DNA of 64,000 nt from the NCBI GenBank assembly GCA_038237165.1, contig JBBRYZ010000002.1, forward strand, positions 9,395-73,394, in the 5' to 3' direction. Source of the stretch: Bacteroidales bacterium. Its GTDB lineage: Bacteria > Bacteroidota > Bacteroidia > Bacteroidales > UBA4417. Below the pieces are notes generated by a model, which was not told the DNA's origin, made no database searches, and worked only from the letters and a program-made list of their open reading frames with translations. Below, one piece after another: positions 8,852-18,381 of the stretch (within the stretch, counting starts at the first letter, position 1; the number at the start of each line of letters is the position of its first letter). Both the position numbers and the translations under genes were made by a program.

Positions 8852-10411
8852 TTAAAAGGACCGAACGGCACGCACATTTAATGTGTTCCCCTTTTGGATG
8901 GAGCTGGTCTGTAAGCCATTGTATAAGGACTGAACCCATGCATAGTCGGAATTGAACTCGCTGGAACACCAATAGTACGAACCTTCAAAACCACCAATTG
9001 CTACACTATTTATGTAAAGTTTGTCCAATTCATCTTTGCTGGGCAAATACCAATCGGAATACCCGCCTCCTGAATAATCCCTGCAAATTTTAGCTGCATA
9101 AGTACCTGTATTTCCTATACTAGCAATAATTGCTGTTGTGTTTGCACTACCTGTACCTATTGCTGTAGCTGTTGCTCCGGTTGTTGTATAACTCCCCTTA
9201 TCCCACCTTATGCCAGTGCTTTGATCGGCCGTAGCAGCAATTATACCGCGTTGAACATTTGCATCATAACCTGGGTCGCCACTTTGTAAAATATAAGCTA
9301 TAACTCCACCTTGATAACTATCTCCAACAACTTTGGTTTTTGCAGAAGTGCCATCGTAGTTCATCCAGATAGTACCGTTGTAATAGTTTGGCAGATGAGT
9401 TGTTGCGTTATAAACAATCAAGCCTTCGGTTGCTGTTAAGGCATCTATTTGGGTTTGTGTGAGGTTTGGAATTGCATTTACCACATAAGGGCTTGCTGTT
9501 GTTCCTGCACCTATCACGGTTACATTTGTTCCAGCGGTTACTTTTGTTTCGGAGCCGTTGGCATTGGTTAAGCCTGCTAATTTTGTTTTTTCAGCAGTGG
9601 TGTAATCTTCTGTTGATAATCCTTTGCCTGTTACTTTATCCACTTTTAAATCTAAGGCTGTTTGAGTAGCAGTGCTAATAGGTTTGTTAGCATCGGAAGT
9701 GTTGTCAACATTACCTAAGTTAATATCAGATTTTGTTAATGTTATTATTCCCGCAATTTGGGCTACACCATTCACTGAAGTTGTAAGACCTGCTGCGCCT
9801 GTTAATCCTTGTGACCCTTGTGGACCGATTACGCCAGTTTCTCCTTGTATGCCTTGAATACCTTGGTCGCCTTTTGCTCCGGTTAAACCAGTTTCTCCTT
9901 GTATGCCTTGAATACCTTGATCACCTTTTGCTCCGGTTAAACCAGTTTCTCCTTTTATGCCTTGATCACCTTTTAACGTAAGAATTTGTGCATCGGTTAG
10001 GCTTACTTCACCGGCTGTTTTTGCATATAATGCGTAGGGTACACTCAATAATTGGCTTATGCCTGTAATGGTGTAACTATTACCGCCGGTAGGATCGGTT
10101 TCGGTTTTAATAAAATAAGGCCCGTTTGCCCAGTCAATGGTAGTAAAATCGCCACTAACCACTGTTCCTGCTCCAATTTCAATACTTACCAAACCATTGG
10201 CATTGGTACCTGGAGTTTGGGTTTCGGTGTAAACCTCTGTTCCACTTACCGAGCTTTGCAAAATGCTTATTTGCATGCCAACTGCGGTACTTGTTACAAG
10301 ATTATTACCTGCATTGCGGATTACTGCCTGATAACTCATTTTTTGGGGACTTTGTGCCCAAATTGTTGCCGACAATAATACGGCTGTTATAATGGTAAAT
10401 AGTTTTTTCAT
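8852..10411 (-). CDS. secreted collagen-like repeat protein with a DUF1566 (Lcl C-terminal-like) domain
   Basis: Signal peptide ([11 protein letters not shown]), a conserved N-terminal domain ending in SVPYALYA, Gly-X-Y repeats ([24 protein letters not shown]...), and a C-terminal WYLPSKDEL...YWCSSE...NVRAVRSF region. Confidence 0.75.
   Translation of the reverse strand: MKKLFTIITAVLLSATIWAQSPQKMSYQAVIRNAGNNLVTSTAVGMQISILQSSVSGTEVYTETQTPGTNANGLVSIEIGAGTVVSGDFTTIDWANGPYFIKTETDPTGGNSYTITGISQLLSVPYALYAKTAGEVSLTDAQILTLKGDQGIKGETGLTGAKGDQGIQGIQGETGLTGAKGDQGIQGIQGETGVIGPQGSQGLTGAAGLTTSVNGVAQIAGIITLTKSDINLGNVDNTSDANKPISTATQTALDLKVDKVTGKGLSTEDYTTAEKTKLAGLTNANGSETKVTAGTNVTVIGAGTTASPYVVNAIPNLTQTQIDALTATEGLIVYNATTHLPNYYNGTIWMNYDGTSAKTKVVGDSYQGGVIAYILQSGDPGYDANVQRGIIAATADQSTGIRWDKGSYTTTGATATAIGTGSANTTAIIASIGNTGTYAAKICRDYSGGGYSDWYLPSKDELDKLYINSVAIGGFEGSYYWCSSEFNSDYAWVQSLYNGLQTSSIQKGNTLNVRAVRSF
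9834..9975. repeat. 54-bp in-frame tandem repeat (about 2.5 copies) inside the collagen-like gene
   Basis: Copies start at 9834, 9888 and 9942. Copies 1 and 2 differ at 2 positions. Each unit encodes 18 aa of Gly-X-Y. Confidence 0.85.
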
Positions 10412-10514
10412 TGTTTGTTATTTTTACAAATTCAACTTCTTTTTTATTTGTTCCCGATACGCTTCGCTACCAGGGCTAAATTCGACTATATGTTTTTTTA
10501 AAAAAAACACTGTC

Positions 10515-11003
10515 TTATTGAGCTTTAATGATTTTAAATGTTTTTATTTCTTTGTTGCCTTCTGTAATTTTTACAAAATACGTTGCAGTTACAAGGTTGC
10601 TCATAGCAACGCTGGTTAAGTTGCTTGTAATCTTTTTGTTTTGCAAAAGTTTCCCATTCATGTCATGCAGTTGATAGCTTAAGTCTTTAAACTTTTCAGT
10701 TTCAACTTTTAACTGCAAAAAATCAAATGTTGGGTTGGGATAAGCTGAAATGGCAAGATTAATCGCAGTTTGTTCAATCCCTGTTACAACCCAAATTTCA
10801 AATGGTTGCTGTACACCTTGTGCCACCGAACCACTTGTTCCGGTATTGGTGGTGTAAACTACCTGTCCAACGGAATAGCTCACCGAGCCTCCGCTACCAG
10901 ATGCATTTCCGCCAGTGACGTTAACGCTTTCCTATGCTTGTAATCCTGTTAGTCCAAGTCCTAACAAGAGTACGGCACTTAATTTTAATCGTTTGTGTCG
11001 CAT
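10515..11003 (-). pseudogene. T9SS C-terminal-sorting-domain cargo protein interrupted by an in-frame TAG
   Basis: ATG 11003 encodes the signal peptide MRHKRLKLSAVLLLGLGLTGLQA. A TAG follows at 10934-10932, and the same frame then continues ESVNVTGGNASGSGG...AYPNPT...FKIIKAQ, which is a Por secretion tail. Confidence 0.6.
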
Positions 11004-11752
11004 TTTTATCCTCTTTTTTTATTTGATTAATATCGTTTTAATGTTCATTATTCAGTGTCTTTTCATTGTCACTGTCCGTTTTTTATTTGTGTTTTTATGG
11101 CTACTAAAGATCCAGGTGGAGTTATCGTAAATGATTTTTGCCAACGCAAAACCATTTGCGTCAGTTATCTTATAGATACTTGCACTTCTATGAGAATTTG
11201 CATTTAAAAAAGATATTTATTTTGAATCGGAATTTTTATTGCTGGTGCAAATGAGCTTATTGGGATTTACAGAAAAACTTCTCTTATTTATGATCCATAA
11301 TTTAAAAGCAAGATCAGTTTCAATATAGAGTTACTATTAATTTATGTAATATAAGATGTAATGTAACTTCCAATTCATAAAAAAACTTATTTTTAATTGA
11401 TACAGATATGCCCATTAAACGCATAAAAGCATGACAATTAAACTTATAATCTGATATTGCAATTATTAAAATATATTATCTAGTAACATAAGTTTACTGT
11501 TTCAGTGCATATAATATTTGTAATTGAAATAGATGCTTATAAATATCCTCAGATCCATTGAGTAAAATGCAGTTAAATGAGAGGTATAGGAAAATTATTA
11601 TAATTGCACACTGAAAAATTCGCATTGAAAATAAATCTTGAGCCTTTGTCCATTGTATTTTGTAATATTAGTACCTTTACAAGAAGGAATTATCTATCTG
11701 TTAAATCAAACAGTTTGTGGCCTTTATCAAGGATCTTTTAAAATACAGTATA

Positions 11753-11760
11753 TATTTTTG
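11753..11760 (+). promoter_or_regulatory. -7 box (TATTTTTG) for the DUF2892 gene
   Basis: TAnnTTTG 40 nt upstream of ATG 11800. Confidence 0.45.
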
Positions 11761-11799
11761 TACTTTTAATAATTATATTCACCTAAAACCAATCGAGCT

Positions 11800-12006
11800 A
11801 TGAAATCAAACATGGGAACTACTGACAAAATTATCCGCATAGCCGCCGCTGTGCTAATTGTAATTTTATATTTTACCGGAGTTATCACTCTCACATTGGG
11901 AATCATACTGCTGGTTATTGCTGGCGTATTTGTACTCACCAGCCTGTTTAGTTTTTGCCCGATTTGGGCAATATTTGGTGTTAATACTTGCAAGAATAAA
12001 GCATAA
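11800..12006 (+). CDS. DUF2892 (YgaP-like) small membrane protein
   Basis: 68 aa, two TM helices, C-terminal SFCPIW...G.NTC motif. Confidence 0.7.
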   Translation: MKSNMGTTDKIIRIAAAVLIVILYFTGVITLTLGIILLVIAGVFVLTSLFSFCPIWAIFGVNTCKNKA

Positions 12007-12024
12007 CACAAAAAAGTTTTTATA

Positions 12025-12062
12025 AAAAGAGGCTGTTCCATTGGATTGAAACAGCCTCTTTT
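12025..12062. terminator. bidirectional rho-independent terminator
   Basis: AAAAGAGGCTGTT(11 nt)AACAGCCTCTTTT, a 13-bp perfect stem with A/T-runs on both sides, between convergent genes. Confidence 0.8.
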
Positions 12063-12102
12063 GCATTTATAAATGAGCACTTAGCAATGTGATCGGATTT
12101 TG

Positions 12103-13356
12103 TCAAAAATAATATCCTACCGAAAAACTAAGTCTTGTATTAGTAACCGGAGTAGAATCATAAACTTTGAAATGTTCATCAGTCTTTCCATACGCAGCAG
12201 TGGTAAACTCACATTCTGCCGCAAGGGTTAATTTCCCGTTTATATAACTGATCATAGGTGCAAGGCGATAAACATATTCAATATCGGCATCACGCGCATA
12301 AACAGCACCGCTTATTGATTCCTTCGCACCGAATCCTTTGGTATAGCCGGCAAAAAAAGATCCCTGCCAGGTTTTGCCGGTTGTCTGGAAATTTATCCAA
12401 CCGGTAAGATAATTCAAAGGAATATATTCGTGCAGGTTGGTTAATACGTCAGTTTTACTCACCCCATAACCACCCATTACCAGGTGATCGTTAAGCCCCT
12501 GACCGTAAATCCACTGCATCCTTATTACAAGAGGCTTCATTTTAGCCGTTGCAAATGCAGTGTACGACAGGCAATTTACCGCTGCATCAGTAGCGTATAA
12601 GCTATCAGTGACCAGCCTTGGATGTATGTGTTTGTAATCAATGCCGGCACCAGCAAATAAATTTCCTGTAATATAATGAACCTGGGCATGTAGATTTGGT
12701 ATGGCACTGTTGCGTAAATAAACCGATGACGCTCCCGATGGACCGTTATTCATATAATCGCGTTGTGACAAAACAGCAAATACCGTATTAAATTTTCCTC
12801 TCGAATAATCGATCCTGATCTGGGGCTGCCTGCTGAAGGGGTGAAAAGGCGCGCCTGTATTGAGCGCCAGCACATTCGGAATCATTTCGGGAATAGTGAT
12901 AGGATGCCAATACTGACCGGCAGTAATTGCAGTATGAGTCCATTTCAACCTCAGGTAAGCATGACGAAGGCGGAAACTGTTATTTTCGGAATTTGAAGCA
13001 CCGGTAAAATCCCCTTCAATCAACGCTAAAACCTTTGCACCCAGCACATCCGGGCCTGTAGCTTTCATAGCTAATCTTGCCATCATGGCATACTGGTTAA
13101 AGCTGCCTTGGGCATTAATATCCTTACCGTTTTTATCGAAGCTCACTTTTTTGGGATAAAGTAATAAGTATCCTTCCCTGGCTTCGACCACCTGGCGGGT
13201 ATCATACATGCCTTCTGCTTTAACAAAACCGCTCCAGGTAAGCGAAGGTTTTTCAGAAGTTGAAACTGGTTTTGATTCTTGCGAAAAGACTTGATTAAGA
13301 CTAAAAAGCAGAAACACAAAGGAAAATGCAGCAATCCGGGTATTGATTGTATTCAT
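12103..13356 (-). CDS. putative outer-membrane beta-barrel porin
   Basis: 417 aa with a signal peptide, alternating beta-strand pattern and C-terminal ...SVGYYF. The family was not identified. Confidence 0.5.
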   Translation of the reverse strand: MNTINTRIAAFSFVFLLFSLNQVFSQESKPVSTSEKPSLTWSGFVKAEGMYDTRQVVEAREGYLLLYPKKVSFDKNGKDINAQGSFNQYAMMARLAMKATGPDVLGAKVLALIEGDFTGASNSENNSFRLRHAYLRLKWTHTAITAGQYWHPITIPEMIPNVLALNTGAPFHPFSRQPQIRIDYSRGKFNTVFAVLSQRDYMNNGPSGASSVYLRNSAIPNLHAQVHYITGNLFAGAGIDYKHIHPRLVTDSLYATDAAVNCLSYTAFATAKMKPLVIRMQWIYGQGLNDHLVMGGYGVSKTDVLTNLHEYIPLNYLTGWINFQTTGKTWQGSFFAGYTKGFGAKESISGAVYARDADIEYVYRLAPMISYINGKLTLAAECEFTTAAYGKTDEHFKVYDSTPVTNTRLSFSVGYYF

Positions 13357-13490
13357 ATTATACTATTTATTGTCAATGAGTTAGATTGAAAAAATAAATT
13401 TTACATTGCTTTTTAAAAAGCGGGCAAAGATACAGGAAAATGAATGCCACAAACAAGAAGTTGAAAAAGAGTGATCCGATTTGAAATTGA

Positions 13491-13532
13491 GAAGACGGAA
13501 GACGGAAGACAGAAGACGGAAAACGGAAGCGA
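13491..13532. repeat. heptamer array (GAAGACG family, 6 units)
   Basis: gaagacg gaagacg gaagaca gaagacg gaaaacg gaagcga. Confidence 0.9.
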
Positions 13533-13716
13533 ATTCACTTTCATTACCTCTTTCATTTATAAATCCTTAGTTACATTTCTTTAAATGAACTGTTTGGATA
13601 ACTAATTGTAAACTAGTGAATTTAAGCTGTTTCGAAACTATAAATAGAAATTTAGATTTGAGACTTAAGATTTGGGGCTTGGGGCTTGGAATTTGCAACT
13701 TTAAATTTAGAAAAGA

Positions 13717-13790
13717 CCCCTCTGTCCTTCGGACATCTCCCCGTTGGGGAGAACCCTCCGAGCAAAGCTTCGTAGTAACTTTAGTTTTGG
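13717..13790. repeat. double-hairpin dispersed repeat, copy 1
   Basis: CCCCTCTGTCCTTCGGACATCTCCCCGTTGGGGAGAACCC plus a similar tail of about 35 bp. The motifs GTCC-TTCG-GGAC and CTCCCC-GTT-GGGGAG each form a hairpin. Confidence 0.85.
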
Positions 13791-13847
13791 AACAAGAATT
13801 GAAACTTGGAATTTCATTATTCAATATTCATTATTCACTATTTTCAT

Positions 13848-13920
13848 CCCTCTGTCCTTCGGACATCTCCCCGTTGGGGGGAACCCACCGAACAAATTCT
13901 GATAGTAATTTGAATTTAGG
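13848..13920. repeat. double-hairpin dispersed repeat, copy 2
   Basis: Same core, 131 bp downstream of copy 1, in the same orientation. Confidence 0.85.
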
Positions 13921-14106
13921 AGCGAGGATTTGAGTTCTGGAATTTGAGACCTGGAATTCCCCCAATCCCTCTCCTGTCGATTAAAAATAAGGTTTTAGCG
14001 ATAACTCAACGGCTCTTAACGATTAGCTTTTTACACATGCCTAACAATTTATACTTTTACTTTCATTTTTCTGAAAACATAACCTAACTTTAATCTGTTA
14101 CTTTTT

Positions 14107-16164
14107 ATGAACTTATTATTAAAACAATCACTTATGGCAGCTGCAGGCATTATAGCCCTTGCAATAGGCACCGGCGGATGTGGCGACAAAGGCAAAGAAA
14201 AAAAGGCCGAACCTGCATTGAGCGCCGCTAACATGGATACCACTGTAAAAGCAGGCGACGATTTTTACAGATTTGCTAATGGCAACTGGCTTAAAAACAA
14301 TCCAGTACCCGCCGAATATAGCCGTTATGGCGCGTTCGAAGCACTACAGGAAGAAAACTACATTCAATTAAAAACTATCCTGGCTGATGCATCGGCCGAC
14401 AAAAATGCTGCGGAAGGATCGGTAAACCAGAAGATACGCGATTTTTATAATTCCGGAATGGATACGTTAAAAATTGAAAAAGCTGGTATTAGTCCGCTTA
14501 AAGCTGATCTGGATATGATTGGTGCCTTTGCAACTCCGGCTGATGTTCAGAAAATGGTTATCCGGCAACATGCTTCAGGCAATTACCCGCTTTTTTATTT
14601 ATACAGCTCTGCCGACGAGAAAAATTCGAACCAGGTTATCGCTAACACTCATCAGGGAGGATTGGGATTGCCCGACAGGGATTACTACCTGAGCGAAGAA
14701 ACACGTTCCAAAGAAATCCGTGCAAGTTACCTGAACCATATGGCAAAAATGTTTGTCCTTGCCGGCTCCACCCCTGAACAGGCTGCAAAAGATGCCGACA
14801 TTGTAATGAAAATTGAAACTAACCTGGCGAAGATTTCATCAACCAGGCTCGAACTGCGCGATCCGGTTTCGAATTACAATAAAACCGATTTGGCAGGTCT
14901 TCAGAAAATGGCTCCAGGCATCGACTGGAAAGCTTATTTTGATGGTATTAAACTAACGGCTACTTCCGAAATAAATGTAGGACAACCCAAATTTTTTGCC
15001 GGAATGGCAGCCATGATCAATACTGTTCCGGTTGCCGATTGGAAAGTTTATTTCCGCTGGGATCTTATAAACAGTTCAGCATCTTCACTTTCGTCGGATT
15101 TCGATAAGGAGCATTTTGCTTTTTACGGAACCATTTTATCCGGTGCAAAGGAACAGCGTCCACGCTGGAAACGCATGATCGACCAGACCAGCAACTCCCT
15201 CGGAGAAGCCGTAGGACAACTCTATGTTCAGAAATTCTTCCCGCCAGAAGCCAAGAAACGGATGACCGAACTGGTTTCGAACCTTAGAGCTTCACTGGGC
15301 GAACGTATTGCAGGCCTTACCTGGATGAGTGATGTTACCAAAAAAGAAGCTGAGGCTAAACTTGCGAAAATCAATGTTAAAATAGGTTATCCCGACAAAT
15401 GGATTGATTACAGCAACCTTACAATCGGCACTGAATCATATTATATGAATCTGAAAAATGCCCGGCAGTTCGAAACAAATCACGGCATTGCAAAAATCGG
15501 CAAACCTGTCGATCGTACCGAATGGGATATGACTCCCCAGACAATAAATGCATATTACAGTCCGAATATGAATGAGATCGTGTTCCCGGCCGCAATTCTG
15601 CAACCGCCATTCTTTTTTATGGATGGTGACGATGCTGTGAATTATGGAGCTATAGGAATGGTAATTTCGCACGAAATGACTCACGGTTTTGATGACCAGG
15701 GTCGTCAGTACGACAAAGAGGGAAACCTGCACGACTGGTGGATAGCTGAGGATTCGAAGAATTTTGAAGCTAAAACAAAGGTACTCATCGATCAGTACGA
15801 TAATTATAAAATGTTGAAAGACCTGCATGTGGATGGCAAACTTACACTTGGTGAAAACATTGCCGATCTCGGAGGGATGAATGTGGCCTACAATGGCCTA
15901 CAGAAAGCGCTGAAAGGTAAAAATGTCGAAAAAATTGACGGGTTCACACCTGATCAGCGGTTTTTCCTTTCGTACGCACAAGTATGGCGCGCCAATACCC
16001 GCGACGAGGAAACCATGCGCCGCCTGAAAGAAGATGTGCATTCGCCTGCCGAAACACGCGTTAATGCGATTGTTTACAATATACCAGCCTTCTACACTGC
16101 ATTTAATATTAAACCGGGAGACAAGAGATACCTTGCTCCCGAAAACAGGGCGGATATCTGGTAG
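14107..16164 (+). CDS. pepO: M13-family zinc metallopeptidase (PepO / endothelin-converting-enzyme-like) lipoprotein
   Basis: 685 aa. Lipobox (IGTGGC), the HEMTHGFD zinc motif and GENIADLGG. Confidence 0.9.
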   Translation: MNLLLKQSLMAAAGIIALAIGTGGCGDKGKEKKAEPALSAANMDTTVKAGDDFYRFANGNWLKNNPVPAEYSRYGAFEALQEENYIQLKTILADASADKNAAEGSVNQKIRDFYNSGMDTLKIEKAGISPLKADLDMIGAFATPADVQKMVIRQHASGNYPLFYLYSSADEKNSNQVIANTHQGGLGLPDRDYYLSEETRSKEIRASYLNHMAKMFVLAGSTPEQAAKDADIVMKIETNLAKISSTRLELRDPVSNYNKTDLAGLQKMAPGIDWKAYFDGIKLTATSEINVGQPKFFAGMAAMINTVPVADWKVYFRWDLINSSASSLSSDFDKEHFAFYGTILSGAKEQRPRWKRMIDQTSNSLGEAVGQLYVQKFFPPEAKKRMTELVSNLRASLGERIAGLTWMSDVTKKEAEAKLAKINVKIGYPDKWIDYSNLTIGTESYYMNLKNARQFETNHGIAKIGKPVDRTEWDMTPQTINAYYSPNMNEIVFPAAILQPPFFFMDGDDAVNYGAIGMVISHEMTHGFDDQGRQYDKEGNLHDWWIAEDSKNFEAKTKVLIDQYDNYKMLKDLHVDGKLTLGENIADLGGMNVAYNGLQKALKGKNVEKIDGFTPDQRFFLSYAQVWRANTRDEETMRRLKEDVHSPAETRVNAIVYNIPAFYTAFNIKPGDKRYLAPENRADIW

Positions 16165-16182
16165 TAGTAGATACACAGCATG

Positions 16183-16214
16183 CTGTAGAGACACAACATG
16201 TTGTGTCTCTACAG
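16183..16214. repeat. 32-nt perfect palindrome (terminator-like)
   Basis: CTGTAGAGACACAACATGTTGTGTCTCTACAG, 19 nt after the pepO stop. It overlaps the 12-nt palindrome ACAGCATGCTGT. Confidence 0.9.
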
Positions 16215-16421
16215 TTAGATGTTGGATTTCGGATTGGGGGAAAATTCTCTAATCCGGAATCCGAATTTCACATCCAAAAGTAGATACACAGCATGCTGTG
16301 AATCTACGGTAATATCGGATATTAGTTTTATCCTCAATCCCATCCATCGTTTCAATCTCTTCAAAGTCTGAAACCCTCCGCTTCGGCTCCGCTCAGCGAC
16401 CTGTAACACTGAAACCCAACT

Positions 16422-17450
16422 ATGAAAAGCAGATACAAAATCCTTATCCACGTCCTGTTCTGGATATACATGCTGAACCAGGCATTTTTCCCTGTATTTC
16501 TCAACAAGATAGACACCAAACTGTTAGAGGACTATATCTACCTCAAGGATATCTTTATTACCATGCTGCTTAACATTTTTGTATTCTATGCAGTGTATTT
16601 TGTTATCCCTAATTTCCTCAGTCTACGCCGTAAATGGTATGTTTTCCCTTTTGTTATAATACTGGCAGTACTATTATCGGCTGTCAGGCTACCGGTTGAA
16701 ATAGCGTATTGGAAATATATCGTTAAAATGCCGGCCAGCCAACTCCAGTTTCAATATGATTGGATATGGGCAACATTAAAGGTTACCGTAATCATAAGTA
16801 TTTATGCCATGTTGATCCGCTTCAGTATCGACTGGTTCGATTCGCAGAAGTACAAGGATGAACTGATTAAAGAACGACAGGCAAGTGAAATTGCGTTGTT
16901 GCGATCACAGGTAAATCCCCATTTTCTGTTTAACACCTTAAATAATATTTATTCACTGGTGTATAATAAATCGAACGAAGCACCCAATGCTGTAATGAAG
17001 CTCTCGAGTATTATGCGTTACATGCTTTATGATTCAAATACCGACCTGGTGGCGGTACTCAAGGAAGTTGAATACCTGGATAGCTTTATTGAATTACAAC
17101 AATTACGCATTACGCAGAAAGGATTTGTCGAAATTAAGGTAACCGGTTCAATGGAAAATCGCACCATTGCACCCATGCTATTGATTCCGTTTGTTGAAAA
17201 TGCTTTTAAACACGGAGAAAAAAATCATGAACCGGGAATTATCATACATTTGAACCTCGAACCTGACAAGCTTTTTTTCACAGTAACTAATTTCATGAAA
17301 ATTAACGGCCAGGTTTCGAATGAGGATTCAGGTGGTTTTGGGCTCAATAACATTAAAAGAAGGCTTGGATTGTTATACCCTGATAAACATGATCTGAAAA
17401 TCACAACCACCGGAGATATGTATAAAGTTGAACTTACAATCCTGAATTAA
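16422..17450 (+). CDS. LytS/YehU-type sensor histidine kinase
   Basis: N-terminal TM helices, the His_kinase motif QVNPHFLFNTLNNI, and a C-terminal HATPase domain (FVENAFKHG, GGFGLNN). Confidence 0.85.
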   Translation: MKSRYKILIHVLFWIYMLNQAFFPVFLNKIDTKLLEDYIYLKDIFITMLLNIFVFYAVYFVIPNFLSLRRKWYVFPFVIILAVLLSAVRLPVEIAYWKYIVKMPASQLQFQYDWIWATLKVTVIISIYAMLIRFSIDWFDSQKYKDELIKERQASEIALLRSQVNPHFLFNTLNNIYSLVYNKSNEAPNAVMKLSSIMRYMLYDSNTDLVAVLKEVEYLDSFIELQQLRITQKGFVEIKVTGSMENRTIAPMLLIPFVENAFKHGEKNHEPGIIIHLNLEPDKLFFTVTNFMKINGQVSNEDSGGFGLNNIKRRLGLLYPDKHDLKITTTGDMYKVELTILN

Positions 17451-17451
17451 A

Positions 17452-18186
17452 ATGAAGATCAATTGTATAGCAATAGATGATGAACCACTGGCTCTTGATA
17501 TTATAAAGGCCTACTGCTCCAAAATTCCATTTCTGAATCTTGAAGGCACTTTCAGCAATGCCATTGATACGCTTGAATACCTGCGTCATAACACAGTTGA
17601 CCTGATGTTTCTTGATATACAGATGGAGGAGCTCACAGGTATTCAGTTGCTTAATTCATTGAAAAACAAGCCTCTTGTTATATTTACTACCGCCTACGAT
17701 CAGTATGCATTGCAGGGTTACGATCTGGATGTACTCGATTATCTTCTGAAACCTATTCCCTTCGAAAGGTTTGTAAAAGCTACAAATAAAGCACTTGAAC
17801 AAATTCTTAAAATGTCAGTGCCAACTGTTTCAGCAAAGTACGAAAAGCCAGTAATGATCAATACCAACACTTTTTTCTTTGTAAAAACGGAAACACGGAT
17901 TGAAAAGGTAAATGCTGCCGAAGTATTGTATGTTGAAGGCATGGGCGACTATTGGCGTATTGTAACAAAAACACGTCGTATTATGACCCTTATGAATGCT
18001 AAAGGAATCGAAGAAATACTTCATGAACCAGGATTCTGCAGGGTACATAAATCATTTTTTGTGGCAGTGGATAAAATTGAATTTGTTGAACGCAAACAGA
18101 TCAAGATCGGAGAAATCCTTATTCCCGTTAGCGATACTTATCAGAAGAACTTCTTTGAGCTGATTGAGAAGCATAAAATGATGTAG
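17452..18186 (+). CDS. LytTR-family response regulator
   Basis: Receiver domain (IAIDDEP...FLDIQM) plus a C-terminal LytTR DNA-binding domain. There is a 1-nt gap from the kinase gene. Confidence 0.9.
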   Translation: MKINCIAIDDEPLALDIIKAYCSKIPFLNLEGTFSNAIDTLEYLRHNTVDLMFLDIQMEELTGIQLLNSLKNKPLVIFTTAYDQYALQGYDLDVLDYLLKPIPFERFVKATNKALEQILKMSVPTVSAKYEKPVMINTNTFFFVKTETRIEKVNAAEVLYVEGMGDYWRIVTKTRRIMTLMNAKGIEEILHEPGFCRVHKSFFVAVDKIEFVERKQIKIGEILIPVSDTYQKNFFELIEKHKMM

Positions 18187-18241
18187 ATGAGGGGTTAGGT
18201 TTTAGCGGTTAAGTGATTAGGGATGCTGGATTGTGGATTTC

Positions 18242-18381
18242 GAAGTCGGAAGACAGAAGTCGGAAGACAGAAGTCGGATTTGGGACGTCAGATTGAGGAA
18301 TGCAGATTGAAATTCTGAAACATGAAACTCTTCAAACATTTCAAGCTCTTCAAACATTTCAAACTCTTCAAACCTTTCAAA
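18242..18381. repeat. heptamer lattice (GAAGTCG/GAAGACA) passing into a 9-mer array (CTCTTCAAA/CATTTCAAA)
   Basis: 7-nt phase holds from 18242 to 18325. Six 9-mers run from 18328 to 18381. The array lies between convergent genes and reaches the stop of the 18377 gene. Confidence 0.9.

Noticed and set aside
10932-10934. TAG reassignment or an alternative genetic code as an explanation for the in-frame stop
   Set aside because: TAG terminates several conserved genes at their expected lengths in this window: pepO at 16162-16164, the MFS gene at 23916-23918, and the flxB-like gene at 39958-39960.
13567-13933. 85-aa (-) and 105-aa (+) ORFs in the porin/pepO spacer
   Set aside because: Both run through heptamer arrays and the double-hairpin repeats. 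They are mutually overlapping, low-complexity, and lack coding signatures.
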